Assembly: GCA_963663405.2 (NCBI GenBank)
Contig: CAXXSM010000126.1
Location: 1 to 16,545 of the forward strand
Source of the DNA: a bacterium
GTDB lineage: Bacteria; Hinthialibacterota; Hinthialibacteria; Hinthialibacterales; Hinthialibacteraceae
Length of the DNA: 16,545 nucleotides
Direction of reading: 5' to 3'
Of the stretch, positions 7,487 through 15,509 are shown piece by piece. Each line of letters opens with the position of its first letter. Within the stretch, counting starts at the first letter, position 1. A program made the position numbers and the translations under genes. The notes below the pieces were generated by a model. The model did not search any database. It saw nothing but the letters and a program-made list of their open reading frames with translations, and was not told where the DNA came from.

Positions 7487-10138
7487 ATGATTGCTCGTAC
7501 ACTCGACACAAACCGGAGATTATTCTACCCGGTTTTAATTTGTTTCCTCTGTTTTGTGACCGGTTCTTGTCAACAAAATAATAGTAACGAAAACGATCCG
7601 CGTTCGTCTTCTCAGACGATCTCCATCTCCAACGCGCCCCAGCTCTTTCTCGACGATTCCCTAATCGAGAAAAGGAGCAACCTGAAGCGCGTTCTCCAGC
7701 GCCCGAAAAAACACCCCGCTAATCCTATCATTGTCCAAGATTCACCGTGGGAACAACGATACCTGCAGATGTATGGAACCGTTCTTTACGATGAAGAAAT
7801 CAACCACTTCCGCGCTTGGTACATGGCGAGTGAAAATGAGGAGACAACACCCGAAAACTACATCTGCTACGCCGAATCCCTTGATGGCGTTCATTGGAAT
7901 AAACCACTGGTTGGTTCGATTACTCTTCCCGGCTACACGCGGCATAACGCAGTCCTAGCCGGCGCGCACGGTCTCTGTGTGATGAAGGACACCCATGAAT
8001 CCGATCCCACGAAACGCTATAAAGGATTGGGCGGCGAAGTCCTCGCCTTCTCACCGGATGGAATCCATTGGACTATGGAAACGTTTCAATCCGCCGGACA
8101 GAATGACACCAGTTCATCAGTGGTCTGGTGGAATGGGGAATATTTGGCTTTCATCCGGAACCAGGAGCGTTTTCGCGGCTCGTACCGGGAATACACCCGC
8201 CTAGATTCAAAAAAGAAACCTTTTCTTAATGACACGATCCGTCAAATCGCCTTTACCGCCAGCCCAGATTTTTTAACCTGGACGCCAAAAGAAACCATCT
8301 TCACCACCGATCTGCAAGATGGATATCCCTGGACACAGCCCTATGGACTCGCCGTCACGCCCTATGGAGACCAGCTCGTCGGATTGGTCTGGTTCCTTCA
8401 TCTTGATCACGTACTTAAAAACAATAAGCAAGGAACACTAAACATCCAACTCGTGACCAGCCGGGATGGACGCCGGTGGACCCATGTCGCGGACCGCGCC
8501 GTGTTTCTGGAATCCTCCACAGCGAACTGGGACCAAGGCCGCGTCTATCCTTCTACCTCATTGGTCCTCAAAAACGATCAAATCTATATCTACTATTCGG
8601 GAAGCGATACACGGCACGGTGAAGATTGGGGAAAAATGGGAATTGGACTGGCCACACTACCCGCGGACCGCTTCGTGGCTCTGACACTTCAAGATGAATC
8701 CACCGAAGGTATTCTTGAAACACGTCCGCTCCATATAAAGGGAAAGAATCTGATCGTCAACGCGGAGATCTCTGAAAATGACCTGCAAGCCGAACTTATC
8801 GATGTGGAAGGAAACGTGATTGCTGGATTCGGCCGGCGGAACACGCGCCTGATCCAACACGATTCTTTACGATACCGGATCGTATGGGAAAGGAACGGTG
8901 AGAGTAAAACACTCCCAGACGCGCCTATAAATTACCCCCTATCCATTCGTTTTTACTTGAAAAAAGGCTCTCTCTTTGCATTCCAATCCGAACCACTCGA
9001 CGAAAATACGCCAACACTCAAACCTAACAATCCATGGAGTGACTATCGAACGCAATACGAGCGGGACCGGGTGACATTATCTCAAGCGATTAAGACCAAT
9101 CCAAACCAAGCGTCCTTGTATTTCGAACGGGGAAAACTCCATGCGCAAGCAGGCAATCGAACTCTTGCGATCGAGGATTATTCACGTTGCATTGAACTGG
9201 ATCCCTCCAACGCGGAGGCCTGCTTCGAAAGAGGAAAACACCATTTTTTCCTGACTCAGGTCACACCCGCCCATAAGGATTTCGCAAAAACCATTGCGCT
9301 CGATCCATTCCACACAGACGCTTATTCTTGGTTTGGATTATTCTTCCATGCGACGCATTCCGACGATCAAGCCCTACAGATTCTATCCGAAGGCATTAAC
9401 CGGCTTCCAGACAATGCCATCTTGTACTGCGATCGAGCCTACCTTTATCTCCTTATGAATAAATTCGAAAAAGCTCTGCTTGATTACAACCACGCGATTG
9501 CATTGAATCCGGCGGATTATGATTTCTATTTCGAGCGCGGCGTCACATATTACTATTTAGGAAACTTGCAATCCGCCGTTCAAGATTTTACAAAAGCCCT
9601 TGCGCTCAGGCCGTACGACGATTGGGCCTTATACAATCGAGGCGTAATGTATGCGCTGCTTCAGCAACCCAAACGCGCCATTGAGGATCTAACTTCCGCG
9701 ATCACGCAGAATCCATTTCACGTTTCCGCTTTTGAAACTCGCGGCGCCCTCTATGTGGACATGTGTAACTATGATCGATCCATTCAAGATTTCAATCAGG
9801 CGCTTCAACTCGATCCCGGCAATCCAGTGTATACGACGCTCCTTGGTCAATCACACTTAGAAAACAAAAACTACACAACCGCGATCGAAATACTATCCCC
9901 CATCATACAACACGATCCCATTTCGATTCATTACTCTCTCGCGAGAGCGTACAGCCTTCGCGCTGTCACACACCAAGAAGAAACAACACAACGGCGGGAT
10001 CTCGCCTCCGCGCTCGATCATCTAGAACAAAGCGTCAAAGCCGGATTGAAGGATTGGAAACAGATAAGCAGACGGCCCGAGTTCATCGTTTTACAGAAAG
10101 AAGAACGTTTCCAGAAGTTACTGCAAAGCAACGAATAA
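7487..10138 (+). CDS. Paralog 3: lipoprotein, GH-like beta-propeller + 8 TPR + capping domain (883 aa from ATG 7487)
   Basis: Start placed at MIARTLD by homology to paralog 2 (track start 7448). Signal ...LCFVTGS-C; TPRs from ~9110, one fewer than paralogs 1 and 2. Confidence 0.85.
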   Translation: MIARTLDTNRRLFYPVLICFLCFVTGSCQQNNSNENDPRSSSQTISISNAPQLFLDDSLIEKRSNLKRVLQRPKKHPANPIIVQDSPWEQRYLQMYGTVLYDEEINHFRAWYMASENEETTPENYICYAESLDGVHWNKPLVGSITLPGYTRHNAVLAGAHGLCVMKDTHESDPTKRYKGLGGEVLAFSPDGIHWTMETFQSAGQNDTSSSVVWWNGEYLAFIRNQERFRGSYREYTRLDSKKKPFLNDTIRQIAFTASPDFLTWTPKETIFTTDLQDGYPWTQPYGLAVTPYGDQLVGLVWFLHLDHVLKNNKQGTLNIQLVTSRDGRRWTHVADRAVFLESSTANWDQGRVYPSTSLVLKNDQIYIYYSGSDTRHGEDWGKMGIGLATLPADRFVALTLQDESTEGILETRPLHIKGKNLIVNAEISENDLQAELIDVEGNVIAGFGRRNTRLIQHDSLRYRIVWERNGESKTLPDAPINYPLSIRFYLKKGSLFAFQSEPLDENTPTLKPNNPWSDYRTQYERDRVTLSQAIKTNPNQASLYFERGKLHAQAGNRTLAIEDYSRCIELDPSNAEACFERGKHHFFLTQVTPAHKDFAKTIALDPFHTDAYSWFGLFFHATHSDDQALQILSEGINRLPDNAILYCDRAYLYLLMNKFEKALLDYNHAIALNPADYDFYFERGVTYYYLGNLQSAVQDFTKALALRPYDDWALYNRGVMYALLQQPKRAIEDLTSAITQNPFHVSAFETRGALYVDMCNYDRSIQDFNQALQLDPGNPVYTTLLGQSHLENKNYTTAIEILSPIIQHDPISIHYSLARAYSLRAVTHQEETTQRRDLASALDHLEQSVKAGLKDWKQISRRPEFIVLQKEERFQKLLQSNE

Positions 10139-10170
10139 AAATGATTCCATCAGCATACATGGGAAAACAA

Positions 10171-11646
10171 ATGATTGTTCGAACGTCAGACACAAAATGG
10201 AGATTATTCTATTCAGTCTTTTTATGTCTACTCATTGTCGTATTTGGTTCTTGTCAACAACAGGATAATTCCAACAAGAACACACATCGTTCACTCCCAG
10301 TGATCTCGATCTCCAATCATTCCCAACTTTTTCTGGACGATCACCTGATCGCCAAGATGAGCAACCTGAAGCGGGAACTCCAACGCCCCGAAAAACATCC
10401 GGCCAATCCTGTAATCGTTCAGGACGCTCCGTGGGAACAACGGTACATGCAAATGTATGGAACCGTTCTCTACGATGAAGAAACCAATCACTTCCGCGCG
10501 TGGTACATGGCCAGCGAAAGTCAAGAATTAAAACCCGAAACCTACATCTGCTACGCCGAATCCCTTGATGGCATTCACTGGATCAAGCCACCGGTCGGCT
10601 CGATCGCTCTTCCCGGTCACACACGGCACAACGCGGTCCTAGCGGGCGCTCACGGCCTCTGTGTGATGAAGGACACGCGCGAATCCGATCCCGCGAAACG
10701 GTATAAAGGAGTGGGTGGCGAAGTCCTCGCCTTCTCTCCGGACGGAATCCATTGGACTACGGAGACGTTTCAATCCGCCGAACAGAATGACACCAGTTCC
10801 TCCGCCGTTTGGTGGAGAGGAGACTATTTGGCGTATATCCGCAATCAAGAACCGTGGAAACAATCCCTGGACGAATTCGTTCGCAGATTCAGCGTCGATC
10901 AATCCATCTCTAAAAGAACCATTCGAGAAGTGGCCTTTACGGCCAGTCCGGATTTTCTCCATTGGACACCCAAGGAAACCATTTTCGCCGCGGATTCAAA
11001 AGATGGACACCCTTGGACTCAGCCCTATGGAATGGCGGTCACACCGTATGGCGATCAGTTGATCGCCCTCGTCTGGTTCATCCATCTCGACCGGGTCAAA
11101 GGAAACACCAAGATCGGAGACCAGGACGTTCAACTCGCTGTCAGCCGGGATGGACGAAGATGGAAACGAGTGGCCGATCGCGCTGTATTCCTTGAATCCA
11201 CAGCAAACACATGGGATCGCGAACGCGTCTATCCATCGACAACAATGATTGTAAAAGACGATCGGATTTACATTTACTATTCGGGAAGCGGCGCCCGCCA
11301 CGGCGAAGGATGGGGAAACATGGGAATCGGTCTCGCCACGCTGCCCGTGGATCGTTTCCTCGCTCTGCGTCCAGAAAAAACGGGCGTAGAAGGCGTCTTG
11401 GAAACGAGGCCGCTCTACTTTTCCGGAGACGATCTTCTCGTAAACGCGGAGGCGCCCGAAGACGGCCTCCAAGTGGAACTTCTCGACTCGAATGGAACCG
11501 TCATCCCTGGATTTGACCGGCGCCGCTCCCATTTGGAAAAACATGGCCTTTCCCGGTACTGTGTAACATGGGGAAATGGGGGAAAATGTAAAATCATTGA
11601 AAACGATCGGTGGCGAGAAACCAATCGCCATCCGTTTCTTTATTAA
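10171..11646 (+). CDS. Paralog 4, 5' part: lipoprotein signal + GH-like beta-propeller (frameshifted at ~11580)
   Basis: Start MIVRTSD homologous to paralogs 2 and 3; signal ...LLIVVFGS-C. Homology to the other copies stops at RYCVTWGNG; the last ~21 codons are out-of-frame sequence. Confidence 0.8.
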   Translation: MIVRTSDTKWRLFYSVFLCLLIVVFGSCQQQDNSNKNTHRSLPVISISNHSQLFLDDHLIAKMSNLKRELQRPEKHPANPVIVQDAPWEQRYMQMYGTVLYDEETNHFRAWYMASESQELKPETYICYAESLDGIHWIKPPVGSIALPGHTRHNAVLAGAHGLCVMKDTRESDPAKRYKGVGGEVLAFSPDGIHWTTETFQSAEQNDTSSSAVWWRGDYLAYIRNQEPWKQSLDEFVRRFSVDQSISKRTIREVAFTASPDFLHWTPKETIFAADSKDGHPWTQPYGMAVTPYGDQLIALVWFIHLDRVKGNTKIGDQDVQLAVSRDGRRWKRVADRAVFLESTANTWDRERVYPSTTMIVKDDRIYIYYSGSGARHGEGWGNMGIGLATLPVDRFLALRPEKTGVEGVLETRPLYFSGDDLLVNAEAPEDGLQVELLDSNGTVIPGFDRRRSHLEKHGLSRYCVTWGNGGKCKIIENDRWRETNRHPFLY

Positions 11647-12820
11647 AAGTGGAGCGTTCTATGCTTTCCAGATCCAATCCGCCACCCCTCAAATCGAGAA
11701 TTCGATTCCGGCGGCTCTGAGTCAAGAAGAACGAACCGAATACGAGCGCGAGAATAGACGATTATCTGAAGCCATCGAGCAGGAGAGCGCCAACGCGTCT
11801 TTGTATTTCAAACGCGCGGAATTGCACTATAAAAAGGGCAATGAAAAACTCGCTCTAGCCGATTACACGAAAGCCATAGAACTCGAACCCAACCGTTCAG
11901 AATTTTACCATCACAGAGGTGTTGTTAATTTTTTCTTAACAGAATACCCCCTGGCCCTTGATGACTTCGACAAGGCTGTCGAACTCAATCCGAAGAATTT
12001 CCCAGCTTTAAAAGATTTGACATGGACGAATTTAGTCGTGAATAACCTCGAAAAAGCGGCGGAGCTCTTTGGTAAAATCCTTGAAATTACTCCAGACGAT
12101 CCCATCGCCTACTGTTACCGTGGCTTTTCCTATCAGCTTAAAGAGCAACCCGAACGCGCCTTGGTTGATTTCAATAAAGCCATAAAATTGGATGAAACGT
12201 GTCACGACGCATATTATGGCCGAAGCAATATTTACTTTGAACAAAAAAAATACAAACAGGCGATCGCTGACCTGACAAAAGCCATTTCCCTAAAACCATC
12301 CGAAACACATCCTGTCAAATCCCGCGCCATGATCTATTTTCTGACCAATCAATATGAATTGGCTTTGAAGGATTTATCTAAAGTCATCGCTTTTGACGCC
12401 AACAATCCCATGCTTTATAAAACACGCGCTTTCTCTTATCTCCGGTTAAATGACTTCCCTCGGGCGATCGCGGATATAAACCGGTCTATCGAGTTGGATC
12501 CAGACGATCTAGATAATTACAAATCCCGTGGCGTTATTCACGCGTCGGCGGGAAATTATGATTCCGCTATCGAGGATTACAAACGGGTCATTCCCTCCGA
12601 ACCGTCATGGGCTTATTATGAAATCGCGAAGGTATATAGTCATCGCGCCAGTAAACAGACGGAATCACAGAAGAAAAAACAAGATGTCCTTCTTGCTCTC
12701 GATTGCCTGGAAAAAGCGGTTCAATCCGGATTCAACGATTGGAACAAAATGAAGAGGGAACCACAATTCATACCCTTACGCCAGGAATCCCGTTTCCAAC
12801 AATTAATCGAAAATCGATAA
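11576..12820 (+). CDS. Paralog 4, 3' part: end of beta-rich domain + 8 TPR + capping domain
   Basis: GENVKSLKTIGGEKPIAIRFFIKSGAFYAFQ aligns with KSLLDAPREAPLSIRFYLRKGSLFAFQ of paralog 1; TPRs from ~11795. It joins the 5' part if one G is removed from the G5 run at 11578-11582 (882-aa product). Confidence 0.8.
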   Translation: MGENVKSLKTIGGEKPIAIRFFIKSGAFYAFQIQSATPQIENSIPAALSQEERTEYERENRRLSEAIEQESANASLYFKRAELHYKKGNEKLALADYTKAIELEPNRSEFYHHRGVVNFFLTEYPLALDDFDKAVELNPKNFPALKDLTWTNLVVNNLEKAAELFGKILEITPDDPIAYCYRGFSYQLKEQPERALVDFNKAIKLDETCHDAYYGRSNIYFEQKKYKQAIADLTKAISLKPSETHPVKSRAMIYFLTNQYELALKDLSKVIAFDANNPMLYKTRAFSYLRLNDFPRAIADINRSIELDPDDLDNYKSRGVIHASAGNYDSAIEDYKRVIPSEPSWAYYEIAKVYSHRASKQTESQKKKQDVLLALDCLEKAVQSGFNDWNKMKREPQFIPLRQESRFQQLIENR

Positions 12821-12872
12821 CCGATGTCCAAAGTATCAAACACTTCAGAAAAGGAATCCAGATTTTAATAAA

Positions 12873-15500
12873 ATGAAAATTCTACACAGTTTTACGATTA
12901 TGATTTTGTCTTGCTGCTATTTCGTTCTTTTCTTCTCCTGTCAAGGACAAACTCCGGCGCCCAGTTCAACCTCTGTGATCCAACTCTCCAACCATCCTCA
13001 ATTGTTTCTTGACGATTACCTGATCGCCAAAAAACAAAACCTCAAGAGAGTCTTGCAGCGTCCCACAAAGCACCCCAGCAATCCCCTGATCATCCAAGAC
13101 CGCCCTTGGGAACGCCGGTATATGCAAATGTATGGAACCGTTCTCTATGACGAAGAAACCAACCGTTTCAGAGCATGGTACATGGCGAGTGAAGATGACC
13201 AAAAAACACCGAATACATACATTTGTTACGCGGAATCCCAGGATGGAATCAAATGGATCAAACCCTCTGTCGGCCGCATCGAATTACAAGGACACCCCAG
13301 CCACAACGCCGTCCTGGCGGGAGGCCATGGCCTTTGCGTATTCAAAGATACAAACGAAAGCGATCCCTCCAAACGATATAAGGGTCTGGGAGGGGAAATC
13401 CTGGCGTTCTCCCCGGATGGTATTCAATGGGCCACAGAACCATTTCCTTCCGCGGGAGAGAACGACACCAGCTCCTGCGTTGTACAATGGAAAGGGGAAT
13501 ACCTGGCCTACATCCGCAACCAAGAATCTTGGAAAGGTTCTGTACAGGATAATTTCCGCGCGTATTTATGCGAAAAGCCGTTTTTAAAACAAACCATCCG
13601 CGAAGCCGCTTTCTCGGCCAGCCCTGATTATCAACACTGGACTCCAAAAGAAACCATTCTTAAAACCGATTTACAAGACGGCTATCCCTGGGCGCAGCCC
13701 TATGGAATGGCGGTTACACCCTATGGAGACATATTGATTGGAGTTGTCTGGTTCCTGCGTCTCGATCCCATCAAGAACAATGAAAAGATCGGCGTGTTCG
13801 ACACGCAACTCGCCGTCAGCCGTGACGGCCGCCGCTGGAACCGCGTTGCAAATCGAGAGACATTTCTATCACCCTCAGATGACGCCTGGGATAAAGGAAG
13901 AATCTATCCCAGCACAACAATGATTGTCAAAGACGATCTCATCTACATTTATTACACGGGAAGCGATACACGGCACGGTGAAGGCTGGGGTCAAACCAGT
14001 ATCGGCCTTGCGACATTACCCAAGGATCGATTCGCCGCGATGCGCCCGGATTCATTCAACTTCGAAGGCGTTCTTCAAACAAAACCGCTTCTCCTGTCCG
14101 GCGCCGAGTTGACGATCAATGCGGAGATTGGCGAAGGAAACATAGAAGTCGAACTCCTTGACACGAAAGAACGCCCCCTCCCCGGTTTTGAGCGATCTCA
14201 TTCACGTCTCGAAAAAAACGGAGTCCTGCGGTACAATGTCCAGTGGGTTACCGGAAATCAATCCAAATCCATTCAGGACGCGCCTGCGCGCAATCCCATC
14301 GCAATTCGATTCTTCCTTCAGAAAGCGTCATTATTCGCGTTTCAGATCACCGCCGGTTCTAATGATCAACCTAACATTGAACCAATCACGGACAATCCAA
14401 AATACCGCACACCCTACGAAATACAAAATGCGTCTTTCTGCGAAGCCATCGCCAGCGATCCAGAGAATCATAATCTCTACATAGAACGCGCTGAATTACA
14501 CGCCCAAGCGGGAAACTTAACCCTCGCTTTGAAAGACTATAAAAAAGCGCTGCGCTTAAATAATCAAAACGCGGCCGCCTATCGCAACTATGGAAAGATT
14601 CTCTTCCTCAAAGGAGAAGACCCCGCCGACACAATCGCCGCTTTTGAGAAAGCCCATCAACTCGATCCGGACAATGAACAAATACTTTGCGACCTTGGTT
14701 TGATTTATTTCGGCGCTCAAAGAGACCAAAAAGCCATCGATACGTTTACCCAAGCGATTCAACTCGATCCAATGGAATCCTATGCGTATGGGGGAAGAGG
14801 AATTGTCTACTATTATTTGAGGAAAAACTATGACGCCGCGTTAGAAGATTTTAACCGTGCGATCCAACTGAATGCGGATGAATTTCTGTTCTACTACATG
14901 CGTGGGAAAACCTCCCTTAACTTGAAAAAATACCTGCCCGCAATCGCCGATTTCACACGCGCCATCGAGCTCGATCCGAACGAAGCGTGCGCGTATAAAA
15001 TGCGCGGGTACACGTACAATCTCCAACAAGTCGAAGATCAAACGGACGCGGATCTTTCAAAGGCCATTCAATTAAATCCCGTCTTTACCTCCTATTATTT
15101 AGACCGTGGGCTCAGTTACATCCGGACAAATCAATTCCAACGCGCCATTCCCGATTTCAGCAAATATATCACGTACTTCCCAAAACAGACGGTCGGATAC
15201 CGCAATCGTGGACTCGCATACTTCTCCATTCAAGAATACAATCACGCCATTGAAGACTTAACGCAAGCCATCGAATATGGCGGGAAACACATCCATTACC
15301 TACTCGCCCGCGCCTACGCCCTTCGGGCTCTTGCTTCACAAAACGAAGAGCAAAGCCGCTTGGATAAAGAACAGGCGCTTTCCTCTTTAGAACTCGCTGT
15401 AGAAAATGGATTCAATCAATGGGACAGGCTGAAACAAGATCCTTGCTTCCCCCAGTTCTATGACGATCCCCGCTTCCAAGCAATCATCGCCGGTCACTAA
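12873..15500 (+). CDS. Paralog 5: lipoprotein, GH-like beta-propeller + 8 TPR + capping domain (875 aa)
   Basis: Signal MKILHSFTIMILSCCYFVLFFS-C; same propeller motifs; TPRs from ~14469 (two are 35 aa); cap HYLLARAYA...LELAVENGFNQW..LKQDP....DDPRF. Confidence 0.88.
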   Translation: MKILHSFTIMILSCCYFVLFFSCQGQTPAPSSTSVIQLSNHPQLFLDDYLIAKKQNLKRVLQRPTKHPSNPLIIQDRPWERRYMQMYGTVLYDEETNRFRAWYMASEDDQKTPNTYICYAESQDGIKWIKPSVGRIELQGHPSHNAVLAGGHGLCVFKDTNESDPSKRYKGLGGEILAFSPDGIQWATEPFPSAGENDTSSCVVQWKGEYLAYIRNQESWKGSVQDNFRAYLCEKPFLKQTIREAAFSASPDYQHWTPKETILKTDLQDGYPWAQPYGMAVTPYGDILIGVVWFLRLDPIKNNEKIGVFDTQLAVSRDGRRWNRVANRETFLSPSDDAWDKGRIYPSTTMIVKDDLIYIYYTGSDTRHGEGWGQTSIGLATLPKDRFAAMRPDSFNFEGVLQTKPLLLSGAELTINAEIGEGNIEVELLDTKERPLPGFERSHSRLEKNGVLRYNVQWVTGNQSKSIQDAPARNPIAIRFFLQKASLFAFQITAGSNDQPNIEPITDNPKYRTPYEIQNASFCEAIASDPENHNLYIERAELHAQAGNLTLALKDYKKALRLNNQNAAAYRNYGKILFLKGEDPADTIAAFEKAHQLDPDNEQILCDLGLIYFGAQRDQKAIDTFTQAIQLDPMESYAYGGRGIVYYYLRKNYDAALEDFNRAIQLNADEFLFYYMRGKTSLNLKKYLPAIADFTRAIELDPNEACAYKMRGYTYNLQQVEDQTDADLSKAIQLNPVFTSYYLDRGLSYIRTNQFQRAIPDFSKYITYFPKQTVGYRNRGLAYFSIQEYNHAIEDLTQAIEYGGKHIHYLLARAYALRALASQNEEQSRLDKEQALSSLELAVENGFNQWDRLKQDPCFPQFYDDPRFQAIIAGH

Positions 15501-15509
15501 GAGGACGCC

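Larger units (their letters stand above)
1937..15500 (+). repeat. Tandem gene array, five units of ~2.7 kb, probably one operon
   Basis: Five co-oriented homologous genes with spacers of 38, 43, 32 and 52 nt and no obvious terminator hairpin between them. Confidence 0.9.

Noticed and set aside
7505-7530. Twin-arginine (Tat) motif NRRLFY in the paralog 3 signal
   Set aside because: Not conserved at the aligned positions (RRKLF in copy 2, KWRLF in copy 4) and absent in copies 1 and 5; more likely an ordinary basic n-region.
10054-10170. Extended N-terminus of paralog 4 overlapping paralog 3 (and the 7448 start for paralog 3)
   Set aside because: Homology with paralog 2, whose start is bounded by an in-frame stop, and signal-peptide length favour 10171 and 7487.
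11580-11586. G GGA AAA slippery heptamer suggesting programmed -1 frameshifting in paralog 4
   Set aside because: The downstream TPR ORF is in the +1 frame, not -1, and the unshifted product would lack the final conserved strands (IRF...AFQ) of the beta-rich domain.
1937-15500. Diversity-generating retroelement acting on the paralogs
   Set aside because: No reverse transcriptase or non-coding template repeat in the window. Differences between copies involve all four bases and many synonymous sites, not adenine-specific changes. A remote element cannot be excluded.
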